A DNA stretch of 64,000 bases from Cryomorpha ignava (GCA_040391235.1 JBEBYG010000014.1:24020-88019), one strand, 5' to 3'. Shown: positions 1 to 10,466, counted from the stretch's first letter. Numbers and translations are program-made. Notes: generated from the sequence alone by a model not told the origin.

Positions 1-69
1 AAAAGTGACCGCTTGATCGGATTTCTGGTTTCCAAATGCGGTGCGACTTTGATTCGTGCTTCAAGAATG

Positions 70-101
70 ACAGTTGAGCGGCCTCATAACCCAGTTGGTC
101 G
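70..101 (+). promoter_or_regulatory. Putative LytTR-family operator (direct repeat, 21-bp period)
   Basis: ACAGTTGAG (70-78) and CCAGTTGGT (91-99) are separated by 12 bp. They match the LytTR consensus [TA][AC][CA]GTTN[AG][TG] perfectly and with 1 mismatch, and lie just upstream of the first CDS. Confidence 0.45.
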
Positions 102-124
102 CCCAAGTTCGCGAATTGATCAAA

Positions 125-700
125 ATGCCATACTCTATGAAATACGCACAGATCGCATCGAATAAACCCAGTGTCCGTTGGCAGGGCCGTCAGGCGTTTC
201 GGCTCAGCTTGGCGCTGTTGGCACTGATCCCGTTCTTCGCCCATGCGCAGACCACGGTGAACGCCAGTGGCGGCAGCGGCACCATCGCCGGGAACCTGTA
301 TGCCTACTCCATTGGTGAGATGGTGCTGGTAAGCACCGAAACCGTAGGGCAGGTAAGTGTGACCCAGGGTCTCCTGCAAAGTGAAGGTGATCTACACGTG
401 GGCCTCCAAGAGGACACGCTCATCGCAGGGAATATGACACTGTACCCGAATCCGGTGGATAACATCCTCTACCTACAACCGGAGCTGGATCACGGAGGAG
501 AACTCTCCTTGAGGCTGTACGACATGAATGGGCGCTTGGTAGTGGAACGGGACATCCAATTGAGTTCCGGAACCGAACGACAGGAAATTGAAATGGCCTC
601 TCTAGCGGAGGGCTCCTATTTCCTGCGCACCGCCATGCGCCAAGGCCAGCAGACCTTTCATAAGGCATTCAAGATCATGAAGGCCGGCGGGAAGAAATAG
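125..700 (+). CDS. Small T9SS type A sorting-domain protein
   Basis: Signal peptide ending ..FAHAQ, a short YSIGE-type N-domain, then a CTD (LYPNP..LYDMNGR..GSYFL..KIMK). ATG 125 is preferred to the TTG at 74. Confidence 0.85.
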   Translation: MPYSMKYAQIASNKPSVRWQGRQAFRLSLALLALIPFFAHAQTTVNASGGSGTIAGNLYAYSIGEMVLVSTETVGQVSVTQGLLQSEGDLHVGLQEDTLIAGNMTLYPNPVDNILYLQPELDHGGELSLRLYDMNGRLVVERDIQLSSGTERQEIEMASLAEGSYFLRTAMRQGQQTFHKAFKIMKAGGKK

Positions 701-761
701 CCTGTTTTTACCAAGTACCCTCTCTAGAGCCCCAGATAAACTTTCTCAACTACCCACTAAA

Positions 762-3700
762 ATGAAGACCAGAACCCTACTCCTAGCAGGTGTCTTGTGC
801 ATGGCCATGGGCCTGCAGGCACAGGCTCCGCAGAAGTTCAACTACCAAGGCATCGCACGTACGAGTATCGGGGCGCCCCTGGTGAACCAAACACTTGGGC
901 TGGAGATCAGCATCTTGGACGGCACCACGGCGCAATATGTGGAGCGCCATACAGCGACTACGAATGGCATCGGCCTTTATACGGTGCAGATAGGTGGTGG
1001 CACCGCCATAACCGGCACCATGGGTGTGGTTACATGGGGTGCTGGTAACAAGTACATCAAGGTGGGCATCGACCCTGATGGAGGGACGAACTACACCGAC
1101 ATGGGGACCACCGAACTGTTGAGTGTTCCTTATGCCTTATTTGCTGCACAGGGCACTGTTGCAGGTCCCCAAGGCCCGCAAGGTGATCCCGGACCGGCAG
1201 GTGCCACCGGCCCTACAGGCCCGGCTGGGCCACAGGGTGATCAAGGTGATCCCGGCCCGGCAGGTGCCTCCGGAGTTGCGGGCCCAGCAGGTGCGACTGG
1301 CGCTACTGGTGGTGTAGGTCCTCAAGGTCCCGCTGGCGCTGTAGGTCCTCAAGGTGTTGCTGGCGCGGATGGAGCTACCGGTCCTCAAGGTGAGCAAGGT
1401 GATCCCGGTCCAATAGGTGCCACAGGCGCTACGGGTCCGGCGGGACCACAAGGTATTCCAGGGGCTGATGGTGCCGACGGTGCCGATGGCACAGGGGTAA
1501 GCATTCTCGGTTCCTACCCTGATCTCGCGGCATTGGAGGATGCGCACCCAAATGGAAATCCAGGGGACGCCTATTTTATCGATGGAAATCTCTACGTCTG
1601 GTCTCCCAATACGAATACGTGGACTGATACGGGCAACATCCAAGGACCCACAGGCCCAGCAGGTGCCACGGGTCCTCAAGGTGTTGCTGGCCCGGTTGGT
1701 CCTGTAGGCCCTCAAGGTCCGATCGGCCCCACTGGGGCTACAGGTGCTCAAGGCGTTGCTGGTTCAGTTGGTCCCGCAGGTGCTCCGGGTGCTAACGGCG
1801 CTGTAGGTCCTCAAGGTGTTGCTGGCGCGGATGGAGCTACCGGTCCTCAAGGTGAGCAAGGTGATCCCGGTCCAATAGGTGCCACAGGCGCTACGGGTCC
1901 GGCGGGACCACAAGGTATTCCAGGGGCTGATGGTGCCGACGGTGCCGATGGCACAGGGGTAAGCATTCTCGGTTCCTACCCTGATCTCGCGGCATTGGAG
2001 GATGCGCACCCAAATGGAAATCCAGGGGACGCCTATTTTATCGATGGAAATCTCTACGTCTGGTCTCCCAATACGAATACGTGGACTGATACGGGCAACA
2101 TCCAAGGACCCACAGGCCCAGCAGGTGCCACGGGTCCTCAAGGTGTTGCTGGCCCGGTTGGTCCTGTAGGCCCTCAAGGCCCGATCGGCCCCACTGGGGC
2201 TACAGGTCCTCAAGGCGTTGCTGGTTCAGTTGGTCCCGCAGGTGCTCCGGGTGCTAATGGCGCCACCGGTGCTCCAGGTGTTGCTGGCCCAGTAGGTCCG
2301 CAAGGTGTTGCTGGCCCTGTTGGTCCCGCAGGCCCTCAAGGCTTGATCGGTCTTACTGGTCCTGCTGGTGCTGCTGGTGATACAGGTGCTGTAGGACCTC
2401 AAGGTCCTATCGGCCTCACGGGTCCTGTTGGTCCCGCCGGTACTCCGGGTGCTAACGGTGCCCCAGGTGCTCCAGGTGTTGCTGGCCCAGTAGGTCCGCA
2501 AGGTGTTACTGGCCCTGTTGGCCCCGTAGGCCCTCAAGGCCTGATCGGTCTTACTGGTCCTGCTGGTGCCGCTGGTGATACAGGTGCTGTAGGACCTCAA
2601 GGTCCTATCGGCCTCACGGGTCCTGTTGGTCCCGCAGGTGCTCCAGGTGTTGCTGGCCCTGTTGGTCCCGTAGGCCCTCAAGGCTTGATCGGTCTTACTG
2701 GTCCTGCTGGTGCCGCTGGTGATACAGGTGCTGTAGGACCTCAAGGTCCTATCGGCCTCATGGGTCCTGTTGGTCCCGCAGGTACTCCGGGTGCTACTGG
2801 TGCCGTCGGTCCGGTTGGTCCCGTAGGCCCTCAAGGCCCGATCGGCCTCACCGGCCCTGCTGGTGCTGCTGGTGATACAGGTGCTGTAGGGCCTCAAGGT
2901 CCTATCGGTTTCACGGGCCCCATCGGCCCTCAAGGCCCGCAAGGGGTGCAAGGAATTCCGGGCGCGCCGGGTGCTCCTGGCCAGCAAGGGCAGCAGGGTG
3001 AGACAGGCCCGGCAGGTTCATATACCGCCACGGACGGCGTGTACATCACTCCTAATAACGAGATCGGAGCGGTGCTGGGTACTGAGATTGAAACCGACGA
3101 ACTGCAGAATGGTGCAGTTACCTCCGAGAAGCTTGCGACCATGGGTGCGACCCAAGGCCAAGTGCTTCAATACAACGGCAACAACTGGGTGCCCGTGACC
3201 CCAGCACAAGGAGGTTCAGGTTGGCAGCTACAAGGGAATACGGCTACTGCCGCCAATTTCCTGGGTACCACCAACAATGCTCCCCTGCAGTTCAAGGTAA
3301 ATGGAAAAAGAGCCGGATCGGTATTCGAAGGATCGGGCAATACAGCCTTGGGCTTTAGAGCGCTCGATACCATTTCACCAGGGACGAACAACACGGCCGT
3401 TGGGTACCGTGCTCTTTCAAGCACCGTATATGGCAACGATAACGTTGCGGTAGGACGTGAAGCGCTGCTGACCAATAACACCGGATCCGGCAACGTAGGA
3501 ATTGGATCTTATGCCGATGTGGGCTCTTTTGGATTGGTCAACGCCACAGCCATCGGTGCCTACTCCAAGGTTACCCAAAGCAATTCGCTTGTACTGGGCA
3601 CCATCGGGTCGCCAACAACGGGTATGCTCCCCACCAGTGTGGGTATCGGCACCACCGCACCGACTGCACCCTTGGAGATCAAGAGTTCGAGCTTAACGAA

Positions 3701-4451
3701 CGTGCCCCAGCTACGCTTGCGCGAGAATACGGGAGAGTACACCCGTATCCATTATCAGAACGCAAACCAAGGTGCATGGGTCACCGCCGCTAAAATTGGC
3801 ACCAGCGCAGTGGGCTCCTTGTTCAATGTGTTCTACAGCCAAGGAATCGACGGCAATGGCGGGTCCGATATACTCAGCATTTCCGGCCAAGGAAAGATCG
3901 GCATCAATACCAGTAGCATGGGGACCGCTCTTTACGATGGTGCCCTCAGCATCCGCCCCATGACAGCGACCACGGCCGCGCTGACCCTCCTGAGTTCCGA
4001 TGGGCTGGTCAAGTGGAGCTACCATATGAGGCCCAACGCGGGTACGGGACAGACGAACTTGGCCATGCAGTACAACGGAGCCGTGAAAGGCGAATTCGAT
4101 GCGGTCTCAGGTTCCTATTCCGCTATCTCTGATATGCGGTTGAAGGAGAACATCGTTCCAGTGAGCAATGTGCTGGACCAGATCAAGAACATCGATGTGA
4201 TGCGCTACACCTTCAAAGCCGATAAAATGCACCAGGCACAGCTGGGTTACATCGCGCAGAACCTGGAGGAGCATTTCCCTGAGTTCGTGAGCAAGCCGGA
4301 CCCTGAGAACGGAAAGGAGAACTACACGGTGAACTACGCCGGCATGAGTGCCGTGGCGATCAAGGCCATTCAAGAGCAACAGGAGATGATCGAATCCCTG
4401 CAGCAGGCCATGGCCAAGATGCAGGCCCGTTTGGATCAGTTGGAGAAGTAG
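762..4451 (+). CDS. Collagen-like fibre protein with YadA-like head repeats and C-terminal peptidase S74 intramolecular chaperone
   Basis: Signal peptide and [11 protein letters not shown]-domain; long Gly-X-Y tracts at about 1170-3020 with two globular inserts; NTALG/NTAVG/NVAVG/NVGIG repeats at about 3340-3510; [17 protein letters not shown] plus a coiled-coil tail from 4128. Confidence 0.9.
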   Translation: MKTRTLLLAGVLCMAMGLQAQAPQKFNYQGIARTSIGAPLVNQTLGLEISILDGTTAQYVERHTATTNGIGLYTVQIGGGTAITGTMGVVTWGAGNKYIKVGIDPDGGTNYTDMGTTELLSVPYALFAAQGTVAGPQGPQGDPGPAGATGPTGPAGPQGDQGDPGPAGASGVAGPAGATGATGGVGPQGPAGAVGPQGVAGADGATGPQGEQGDPGPIGATGATGPAGPQGIPGADGADGADGTGVSILGSYPDLAALEDAHPNGNPGDAYFIDGNLYVWSPNTNTWTDTGNIQGPTGPAGATGPQGVAGPVGPVGPQGPIGPTGATGAQGVAGSVGPAGAPGANGAVGPQGVAGADGATGPQGEQGDPGPIGATGATGPAGPQGIPGADGADGADGTGVSILGSYPDLAALEDAHPNGNPGDAYFIDGNLYVWSPNTNTWTDTGNIQGPTGPAGATGPQGVAGPVGPVGPQGPIGPTGATGPQGVAGSVGPAGAPGANGATGAPGVAGPVGPQGVAGPVGPAGPQGLIGLTGPAGAAGDTGAVGPQGPIGLTGPVGPAGTPGANGAPGAPGVAGPVGPQGVTGPVGPVGPQGLIGLTGPAGAAGDTGAVGPQGPIGLTGPVGPAGAPGVAGPVGPVGPQGLIGLTGPAGAAGDTGAVGPQGPIGLMGPVGPAGTPGATGAVGPVGPVGPQGPIGLTGPAGAAGDTGAVGPQGPIGFTGPIGPQGPQGVQGIPGAPGAPGQQGQQGETGPAGSYTATDGVYITPNNEIGAVLGTEIETDELQNGAVTSEKLATMGATQGQVLQYNGNNWVPVTPAQGGSGWQLQGNTATAANFLGTTNNAPLQFKVNGKRAGSVFEGSGNTALGFRALDTISPGTNNTAVGYRALSSTVYGNDNVAVGREALLTNNTGSGNVGIGSYADVGSFGLVNATAIGAYSKVTQSNSLVLGTIGSPTTGMLPTSVGIGTTAPTAPLEIKSSSLTNVPQLRLRENTGEYTRIHYQNANQGAWVTAAKIGTSAVGSLFNVFYSQGIDGNGGSDILSISGQGKIGINTSSMGTALYDGALSIRPMTATTAALTLLSSDGLVKWSYHMRPNAGTGQTNLAMQYNGAVKGEFDAVSGSYSAISDMRLKENIVPVSNVLDQIKNIDVMRYTFKADKMHQAQLGYIAQNLEEHFPEFVSKPDPENGKENYTVNYAGMSAVAIKAIQEQQEMIESLQQAMAKMQARLDQLEK
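1335..2258 (+). repeat. Tandem in-frame duplication, 2 x 462 bp (154 aa)
   Basis: 1335-1796 versus 1797-2258 differ at 3 positions by eye (1718/2180, 1746/2208, 1796/2258). Confidence 0.95.
2358..2930 (+). repeat. Four copies of collagen module [19 protein letters not shown]
   Basis: Near-identical DNA modules start at 2358, 2556, 2700 and 2853, with variable linkers. Confidence 0.85.
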
Positions 4452-4511
4452 TGAACAAGGGAGCACCGCTCCATAGCATGCTGAACGTGAATTTGATAGG
4501 GGCTGACGTTA

Positions 4512-4544
4512 TCATCCGATCAAGCGAAAGGCTTGGTCGGATGA
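4512..4544 (+). terminator. Hairpin downstream of the collagen-fibre gene (possible terminator)
   Basis: TCATCCGATCAAGC-gaaag-GCTTGGTCGGATGA forms a 14-bp stem with one G-U pair; there is only a short T run nearby. Confidence 0.5.
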
Positions 4545-4623
4545 TCGGCCCTTTTAGCGGACCCACGCATGGTCAGATCACTCTTGTCCATGCTTGGAAT
4601 TCTACACATCACATCCCCAGAAA

Positions 4624-5640
4624 ATGATCCGCATCCTCTTGAAGCTCGCATCCGTTATCGTCTTCTTTCCGGTTCTCATGGCCTTTCTGATGATGAGCAC
4701 CTGTTCAGAGATCGGTAAGCAACCGGCCGAACTATGGAGCGCGCGATTCACGGAGGATGGTAGCCGCTTGGTCTATACCTACGATGTGTTCACCGTATTA
4801 CAATATAGCAAAAAGGGGAATTCCGTGCAGCGGTCCGGTTCGCGCAAAGGCTATATGGATGTGCGGGATGCTGCAACCGGTCGCTCGCTGCTGGCCGAGC
4901 CTTACAAGTCGCAGCACACGTTGAAGATCGCAGCCGTGGTAGGGGATCTCTGCGCATTGAGCGGCTACAACGTCAAGAAGTCCCGACATGAGCTTTCCAT
5001 CGTGGATCTCACCACCGGCAAGGAACGTTTCGGACCGGAAGATCTCTCCCGGATCAATGGTGGTTTGCGATTCGATCCCAACACGTACTACGAGAATTTG
5101 ACCCTGACCCCGGGCTTCGTGTTCGCAGCTGAAGATGCACGCACCTATCTCATCGACCCGCAAACCGGAAATGCCGTGCCCGTGGAGGCGGTCGAGAAGA
5201 TCTCTATCTTTTCCGGTGATCGGAACCCGAAGAAGGGAGGGCCGCTCGATCCAACGATGAAATTCACCGGTGAGCCTCGGAAGAAACTCGATGTGAATGG
5301 CCAGACATCGAAAGTGGATTTCATTGATCCCAGCTTCGCAGCGGAGCTGAAGAACAACACGGAGGAGCGGGAGCCGGTGACCTACCACGGCAACCCGATC
5401 ATCATCTCGCGTTCCAGCACCGAAAACGATTTCAGCTGGGTGATCACCATGCTGAACAGGCAGGGCTTGGAGTTGCTCTGGACGGCTACTGTTGCACAGG
5501 CATACGGTGTCGCACCGTTCTATAATACGGAACCCCTGTTCCGGCTGAACGGGGAAGAGCTGCTGATACAAACCTCCACGCAACTGAGCCAGTTCGATGC
5601 GGCCACGGGCAAGCTCAATTGGACCGTGTCCGTGCCTTGA
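4624..5640 (+). CDS. Membrane-anchored beta-propeller-like protein (PA2928-like?), paralogue 1
   Basis: N-terminal hydrophobic helix with a Cys, and PQQ/WD-like D..TG..W motifs (FDAATGKLNW). Clearly paralogous to the next gene; the family name is tentative. Confidence 0.75.
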   Translation: MIRILLKLASVIVFFPVLMAFLMMSTCSEIGKQPAELWSARFTEDGSRLVYTYDVFTVLQYSKKGNSVQRSGSRKGYMDVRDAATGRSLLAEPYKSQHTLKIAAVVGDLCALSGYNVKKSRHELSIVDLTTGKERFGPEDLSRINGGLRFDPNTYYENLTLTPGFVFAAEDARTYLIDPQTGNAVPVEAVEKISIFSGDRNPKKGGPLDPTMKFTGEPRKKLDVNGQTSKVDFIDPSFAAELKNNTEEREPVTYHGNPIIISRSSTENDFSWVITMLNRQGLELLWTATVAQAYGVAPFYNTEPLFRLNGEELLIQTSTQLSQFDAATGKLNWTVSVP

Positions 5641-5786
5641 ATCAAAGACTTCTCCTCGATGTGCATTCGGTATCAGCTGCAGGATAGTGAAATGCTGCAG
5701 CTGGATCCAACAGCGGGCCTTCATCAGTTCCTTTCTTTCCGCTGAACTTTCCGCTCAATAACTCCACGCAAAACCGCTCCTTCATT

Positions 5787-6785
5787 TTGAAACGACTTTT
5801 CATACTCGCCTTCTTCCTGCTCTCGATATTTCTATTGTACCGAGCCTGTTCAGTGATCGGCAGGCAACCGCCCCAACTGTGGAGTGCCCGCTTCACTGCG
5901 GATGGCAAGCGCTTGGTCTACACCTACGATGTGGTCACCATTCTGCAATACGAAAGGAAGGGCGGTGCCACGCGCAGCTCCGGTATACGCAAGGGCCATA
6001 TGAATGTGCGGGATGCGTTGACCGGGGAAGCACTGCTGGACAAGCCGTACCGTTCAAAGAACACGCTGCATGTGGTTGCCATTGAGGGGGACCTTTGCGC
6101 GTTGGAAGGCTATGACACGGGGACGTCCCGACATGGCCTTTATATCATGGACATCACGACCGGTGAGGAGCGATTCACTCCGGATGAACTTTCAAAGCTC
6201 AATGGAGGGCTTGAATTCAACGCCTCCACGCAATATGTGAACACCACCGGAAAGCCTGGGTTTGTTTTCGCAGCGGATGATGCACGAGCCTACCTGATCG
6301 ACCCCAAGACGGGAAGAGCGGAACTTGCCGAGGTGGCTAAGCCCCTAATCACCATGTTCGGAAACAAGAATCCAACGAGCCTTGGATCGAAGAAGGAGGT
6401 AGCGAGCTTCACGGATGGACCTCGACAGCGGCTTGAGATGAATGGCAGGGGATCGACCTTGGACTTTATCAGCCCTGCATTTGCCGGCGGGCTGAGGGAT
6501 GGCGAAAGCGAGCGTATCCCGATGACCTATCAGGGCAACCCGATCATCATCTCGCATTCCAGCACCAAAGACGATTTCGGCTGGGAGATCACCATGCTGG
6601 ATGCCGGAACCTTGAACCTCATGTGGTCCGCTTCCTTGGTGAACATTCCACGGGCCGCACCCTTTTACTGGGAGGAGCCTCTATTCATGTTGAATGGAGA
6701 GGAACTGCTGGTGCAAACCGCCACGCAATTGAGCAGGTTCGACGCGGCCAGCGGAAAGCTCTTTTGGACCGTGGAGGTGCCTTGA
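5787..6785 (+). CDS. Membrane-anchored beta-propeller-like protein, paralogue 2
   Basis: TTG start; collinear with 4624-5640 (WSARFT.DG.RLVYTYDV, GNPIIIS.SST, FDAA.GKL.WTV.VP). Confidence 0.75.
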   Translation: MKRLFILAFFLLSIFLLYRACSVIGRQPPQLWSARFTADGKRLVYTYDVVTILQYERKGGATRSSGIRKGHMNVRDALTGEALLDKPYRSKNTLHVVAIEGDLCALEGYDTGTSRHGLYIMDITTGEERFTPDELSKLNGGLEFNASTQYVNTTGKPGFVFAADDARAYLIDPKTGRAELAEVAKPLITMFGNKNPTSLGSKKEVASFTDGPRQRLEMNGRGSTLDFISPAFAGGLRDGESERIPMTYQGNPIIISHSSTKDDFGWEITMLDAGTLNLMWSASLVNIPRAAPFYWEEPLFMLNGEELLVQTATQLSRFDAASGKLFWTVEVP

Positions 6786-6786
6786 A

Positions 6787-7179
6787 CTATTCGCCCCGTT
6801 GGATAGCTGGCACCCGGTAGGTAGTGGCGAAGCGTAGGAGCTCGATCAACGCCGGATCTTTCAGTTGCTCAGCGCTGCTGATCTTGACGTGCCGAAAGAG
6901 TTTGCCCGTGCCTTCCAAAAGATGGGAGGGGTCGGGTAGTTCAGCGCCGTAGTTGAAGCCGAGCGTTACATGCTTGGTGGCGGGCATGAGCCAACAAAAG
7001 TGTTCGGTTTTCTTTTTGATCCCGGTGCCGAAGCCGATGTTCTTCTGCTGCACCCAGGCCACTTCCACCACTTTAGGCAGGATGTGGTGGATGAGCTTTC
7101 GGGCCTCCCGCGCCAACGACTGGATGGGCGATGAAAAACTCCGGATGACCTGTTCGAAATCGGCGTCGCCTGTTTCCAT
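6787..7179 (-). CDS. DUF1801 (YdhG-like) protein
   Basis: 130 aa with HVTLGFNYGAELPDP.HLLEGTGKLFRHVKI, typical of this family. Confidence 0.8.
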   Translation of the reverse strand: METGDADFEQVIRSFSSPIQSLAREARKLIHHILPKVVEVAWVQQKNIGFGTGIKKKTEHFCWLMPATKHVTLGFNYGAELPDPSHLLEGTGKLFRHVKISSAEQLKDPALIELLRFATTYRVPAIQRGE

Positions 7180-7271
7180 TGTTGCGAAAGATAGAATGGT
7201 GGGAGTGCCCCGGAAACGAAAACGGGCGCGGAGGTGATGCCTCCGTGCCCGTCATCAACGTGTCTGCGCGA

Positions 7272-8417
7272 TCACTGTAGGACGATCCGTTCAGTGCGTA
7301 CTTGCTGATCGAATTCCATGGAAACCAGGTAGGTCCCACGTGGCCATGTGCTCACGTCGATATCCGTGGTGTTCAGCATGCGGCCTTCCCAATGAATGCG
7401 CCCCGTGATATCCAGAATGCGGGCAGAGCCTGCGCCAACGCCGCTTATGCGGATACGATCGCTGGCCGGGTTCGGCAGTACAAGCACGTTGGTGTTTGAG
7501 CTTTCATTCACGGTGGTGGCGATGTCGCCGACCACACAAATGGAGAATGTAGTGGTATAGGCTAATTGCTCGTACCAATGGAACACGCGCACCTTGTAAA
7601 CCGCGCCTGGAGTGAGGCCGGGGACCACCATATGCTCAACACCTCCAGCCAACGTGGCATCGGAACAGGCGATCGGTGCGGATGCGCAATCTTCCGCGTA
7701 CAGTTCCATCACCGCATCCAGGTCGCCACTGCCATTCATGTGGATGGTATGTTCAGTACCGGTGGCGGTAAAGGCGAACCAGACGTCATCGTTCGCATAG
7801 CCCGTGTTCCCGGCGCATTCGTAATTCGGCACCCCGGAAGGTGTAGCGTGATCCACGTTACCGACCACGCTCACACACGTGGTATTCACGGTAAGCGGGG
7901 TAGCGGTTGCGCAATCGTCGTTCACGGGCCCCGGCGTACAGGCGGTCGCACTGATCGCGATCTCGTACGCCCCGAGGCCCGCCGCACTTTGGACCGGCAG
8001 GTAGTACGTGCCGGCAGGCAGGTTCCGCCATTGGATGCCGAACTGGCCGTTGGTGCAGAAGGTGCCGAAGTTGGCATAGGAGAAGAAAACCTGTTCGTCG
8101 CCCGGGCAGTTGGTGGTGAGGAAGCTCCACTGTGCGGTGGCCGGGAGGGGGGTGTTGCAATAGAGCGCCGTTACATCGCTACACGTGGTGGTGCTGAAGG
8201 CGTGCCACACCGAACTCGCGCCCGCGGTGGTCACCAGTGCATGCCCGGCCACGCCATCGCCCGCGCTGGTAGCACCAGCCCGTGTACCGGTGAAGGTGAG
8301 CGAGGAACCCACGGCCAAAGCCTGCGGTGTGACGCTGGAACAGAGGTCGTTCACAGGCTGCGCACAGAGCGCGACCGGAAGGGCCAAGGATAGTAGAAGG
8401 GCGTAGCGTTTGCTCAT
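7272..8417 (-). CDS. T9SS type A protein with two PVNDxC repeats
   Basis: Signal peptide MSKRYALL..LCAQ; PVNDLCSS and PVNDDCATA Cys-containing modules; CTD LPNPAS..GTYLV. Confidence 0.85.
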   Translation of the reverse strand: MSKRYALLLSLALPVALCAQPVNDLCSSVTPQALAVGSSLTFTGTRAGATSAGDGVAGHALVTTAGASSVWHAFSTTTCSDVTALYCNTPLPATAQWSFLTTNCPGDEQVFFSYANFGTFCTNGQFGIQWRNLPAGTYYLPVQSAAGLGAYEIAISATACTPGPVNDDCATATPLTVNTTCVSVVGNVDHATPSGVPNYECAGNTGYANDDVWFAFTATGTEHTIHMNGSGDLDAVMELYAEDCASAPIACSDATLAGGVEHMVVPGLTPGAVYKVRVFHWYEQLAYTTTFSICVVGDIATTVNESSNTNVLVLPNPASDRIRISGVGAGSARILDITGRIHWEGRMLNTTDIDVSTWPRGTYLVSMEFDQQVRTERIVLQ

Positions 8418-8490
8418 CGTGGTTTGTTTCACGCAAAGCAACCGGCGGCAGGGCCTTTCGGCAATAGAACGAAGGTTATACAGCTGTGCC

Positions 8491-8552
8491 GGTACTCGCG
8501 ACACGCGAGCACCAGCATAGGGCATAGCTGGTGCTCGCGTGTCGCGAGTACC
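8491..8552. repeat. Perfect 26-bp inverted repeat with palindromic arms (REP-doublet-like)
   Basis: GGTACTCGCGACACGCGAGCACCAGC (8491-8516), a 10-nt loop, then its exact reverse complement (8527-8552). Confidence 0.85.
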
Positions 8553-8555
8553 AGG

Positions 8556-9047
8556 TCAGGCACGTGCAACGGATCCGGCAAGCCGGTCGATCCTGCGCAG
8601 CACCAGCCACAGCGGTATCGCGCCGAACACGCCGAACGAGGCATCGATGCAGCGCCAGAAGAACGGGATGCCGCGTACCGGTGCCCAGAAGAAGGCGAGC
8701 GGAATGACCAGCAGGCAGCACCAAAGCCCCCATTCGATCACCCAGCGGTTGCGAACCGGGTCGCGGTAAGGACCGATGAAGGCCAAGCCGATCACGATGT
8801 GGGCGAAGGCCAGCCAGTCCGTGCCGTAGAAGAGCATGGGGTAATGCACACCCACGTAGCCGACCGCGGTTGCGGTATCAGCGGTCCAAGAGGTCCAGGG
8901 TTCGCCCCAGTTGGCAGTGAGGTTAGCGAGCCACTGAGTGCCCCATTCCAACGGCACCGCTGTAAGCCCACTGATGAAAAGGGCCACGATAAAGAACACA
9001 AGCCACAAGCGGATGAAGCGGAGGTCGGCAGCGGGTTGGTCAGCCAT
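8556..9047 (-). CDS. Small integral membrane protein
   Basis: 3-4 hydrophobic segments and a YGTDWLAFAHIVI..F.GPYRDPVRN.W motif; ATG 9047 preferred. Confidence 0.8.
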   Translation of the reverse strand: MADQPAADLRFIRLWLVFFIVALFISGLTAVPLEWGTQWLANLTANWGEPWTSWTADTATAVGYVGVHYPMLFYGTDWLAFAHIVIGLAFIGPYRDPVRNRWVIEWGLWCCLLVIPLAFFWAPVRGIPFFWRCIDASFGVFGAIPLWLVLRRIDRLAGSVARA

Positions 9048-9176
9048 GTTCGGGATGTGGATCCGAAGGTAGTTGGCAGTTTCAGGAGATAAGCGTTGGG
9101 GCCGCAATAGGACCAACCAAAACCAGTAAGGGTGCTTACGAAACCGCAAGCACCCTCTACATGGAATTGAAAATGA

Positions 9177-10466
9177 TCAACGCACCTTCAGGAAGCGTTG
9201 GGTCATGCTCTGTATGCCACCGCTGATCCGCAGCAAGTACAGGCCTTCTTCGAGCGGCGCGGTATCCAAGTGGATCTGATTGCTGCCCAAGGCGAGGGCC
9301 TGCTCCATGTTCAGCACCGTGCGACCGCTCAGGTCGATCACCGTGACCATCACCTTGCTGGCATAGCCGCTGTTCAGTGTGACGTTCAATTCATCTTGCG
9401 AGGGGTTGGGCCAGAGTTTCAGATCCACAAGGGCAGGCAATTTCGCCACTTCTGTAGGCAAGGCTTGAAGGACGGTCAGCGTGAAGCCGCCAGAGCGCAC
9501 GCCACCATCCGAGCCGATGGGATGCGCGCCGTCGATCGTCATGCCATTTAATAGGCCCGCTTCATCCATGCTCACGGTGTCGCAGAAGGTGTCCGAGCAA
9601 TTCCCATTGCTGATAGTGAGACAGAGTTGATACGGCCCTGGCCCATCATACTGGTGCGTAGGATAGACTTCTGTGGACGAATTGCCATCACCGAAGTCCC
9701 ACACATACGTATCGATGCCGTCGATCGCGGAACTGAGACCTAAGACCCAAACCGCGTTGGGAATGGGCGCTAAGAAATTTCCACCGTTGGACGTGTCGCC
9801 ATAGGCTTGCACCATCCAGAATCCGGCGAGGCAGGGAATGGGATCTGTGGGGTTGATGGTGCCATCTGCACCTACGATCACCGTATCACAGGCCACGCTT
9901 GTACAGCCGGTGGCATCCGAGCTTTGCATGCATACACCATAAGCACCGGGACCGCTGAACGTGTACGTGACGTTGGAGCCAATGCTGAGACTGCCATCTG
10001 GAAGCAACCAGCCATCTACGTAAGGCGCCGTGCCGCCGCTGGTGCAGCTGGTGAACTGTGCGGTGAAGGGTGTGCTCTGAGTAACGGTGAGGCAGGCTTG
10101 GCAGGAAGTGGACGTATCCCCGCTGCAGGTTAGATGCATTTCGATGAACGCTGTATCCAGCGGAGTACTCAACGTGTAGGTACTGGAGTCAGCGGTTATA
10201 GTGCCGTTTCCGCAAGTCGAGAAAGCGAGGAAGCCACCTGTAGGTGAATCCATAGCGAACACAGCAAGGAAGAAGGAATCAGTTGTATCCGTGGCTGTGA
10301 CCGTTTGGGCCGGCAGCGTTCCGGGCATCGTCTGCACGATGACCTGTTGACCATTGGCTCCTTCAAGCTGGCCGTAGACGTAAACGATATAGGGGCCTTG
10401 GGCACTGAGGCTACCAAAAAGCAACACAGCTACACCGAGAATAAGGAGGCGTATGAATGACCGCAT
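9177..10466 (-). CDS. PKD-domain T9SS type A protein
   Basis: Signal peptide MRSFIRLL..SAQ; PKD motif YVWDFGDGNSS..HQY; CTD LWPNPSQ..GLYLL. Confidence 0.85.
   Translation of the reverse strand: MRSFIRLLILGVAVLLFGSLSAQGPYIVYVYGQLEGANGQQVIVQTMPGTLPAQTVTATDTTDSFFLAVFAMDSPTGGFLAFSTCGNGTITADSSTYTLSTPLDTAFIEMHLTCSGDTSTSCQACLTVTQSTPFTAQFTSCTSGGTAPYVDGWLLPDGSLSIGSNVTYTFSGPGAYGVCMQSSDATGCTSVACDTVIVGADGTINPTDPIPCLAGFWMVQAYGDTSNGGNFLAPIPNAVWVLGLSSAIDGIDTYVWDFGDGNSSTEVYPTHQYDGPGPYQLCLTISNGNCSDTFCDTVSMDEAGLLNGMTIDGAHPIGSDGGVRSGGFTLTVLQALPTEVAKLPALVDLKLWPNPSQDELNVTLNSGYASKVMVTVIDLSGRTVLNMEQALALGSNQIHLDTAPLEEGLYLLRISGGIQSMTQRFLKVR

Noticed and set aside
1137-2987. Arg/Thr-rich repetitive ORFs on the minus strand
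   Set aside because: They are the reverse complement of the collagen Gly-X-Y codons.
762-4451. Prophage remnant suggested by the S74 and tail-fibre motifs
   Set aside because: The protein has a Sec signal peptide, and there are no integrase, capsid, terminase or lysis genes nearby.
10-4526. 12-bp inverted match (10-21 versus 4515-4526) bracketing the fibre operon like transposon ends
   Set aside because: It is short, GCTTGATCGG also occurs inside the gene (2341), and there is no transposase or target duplication.
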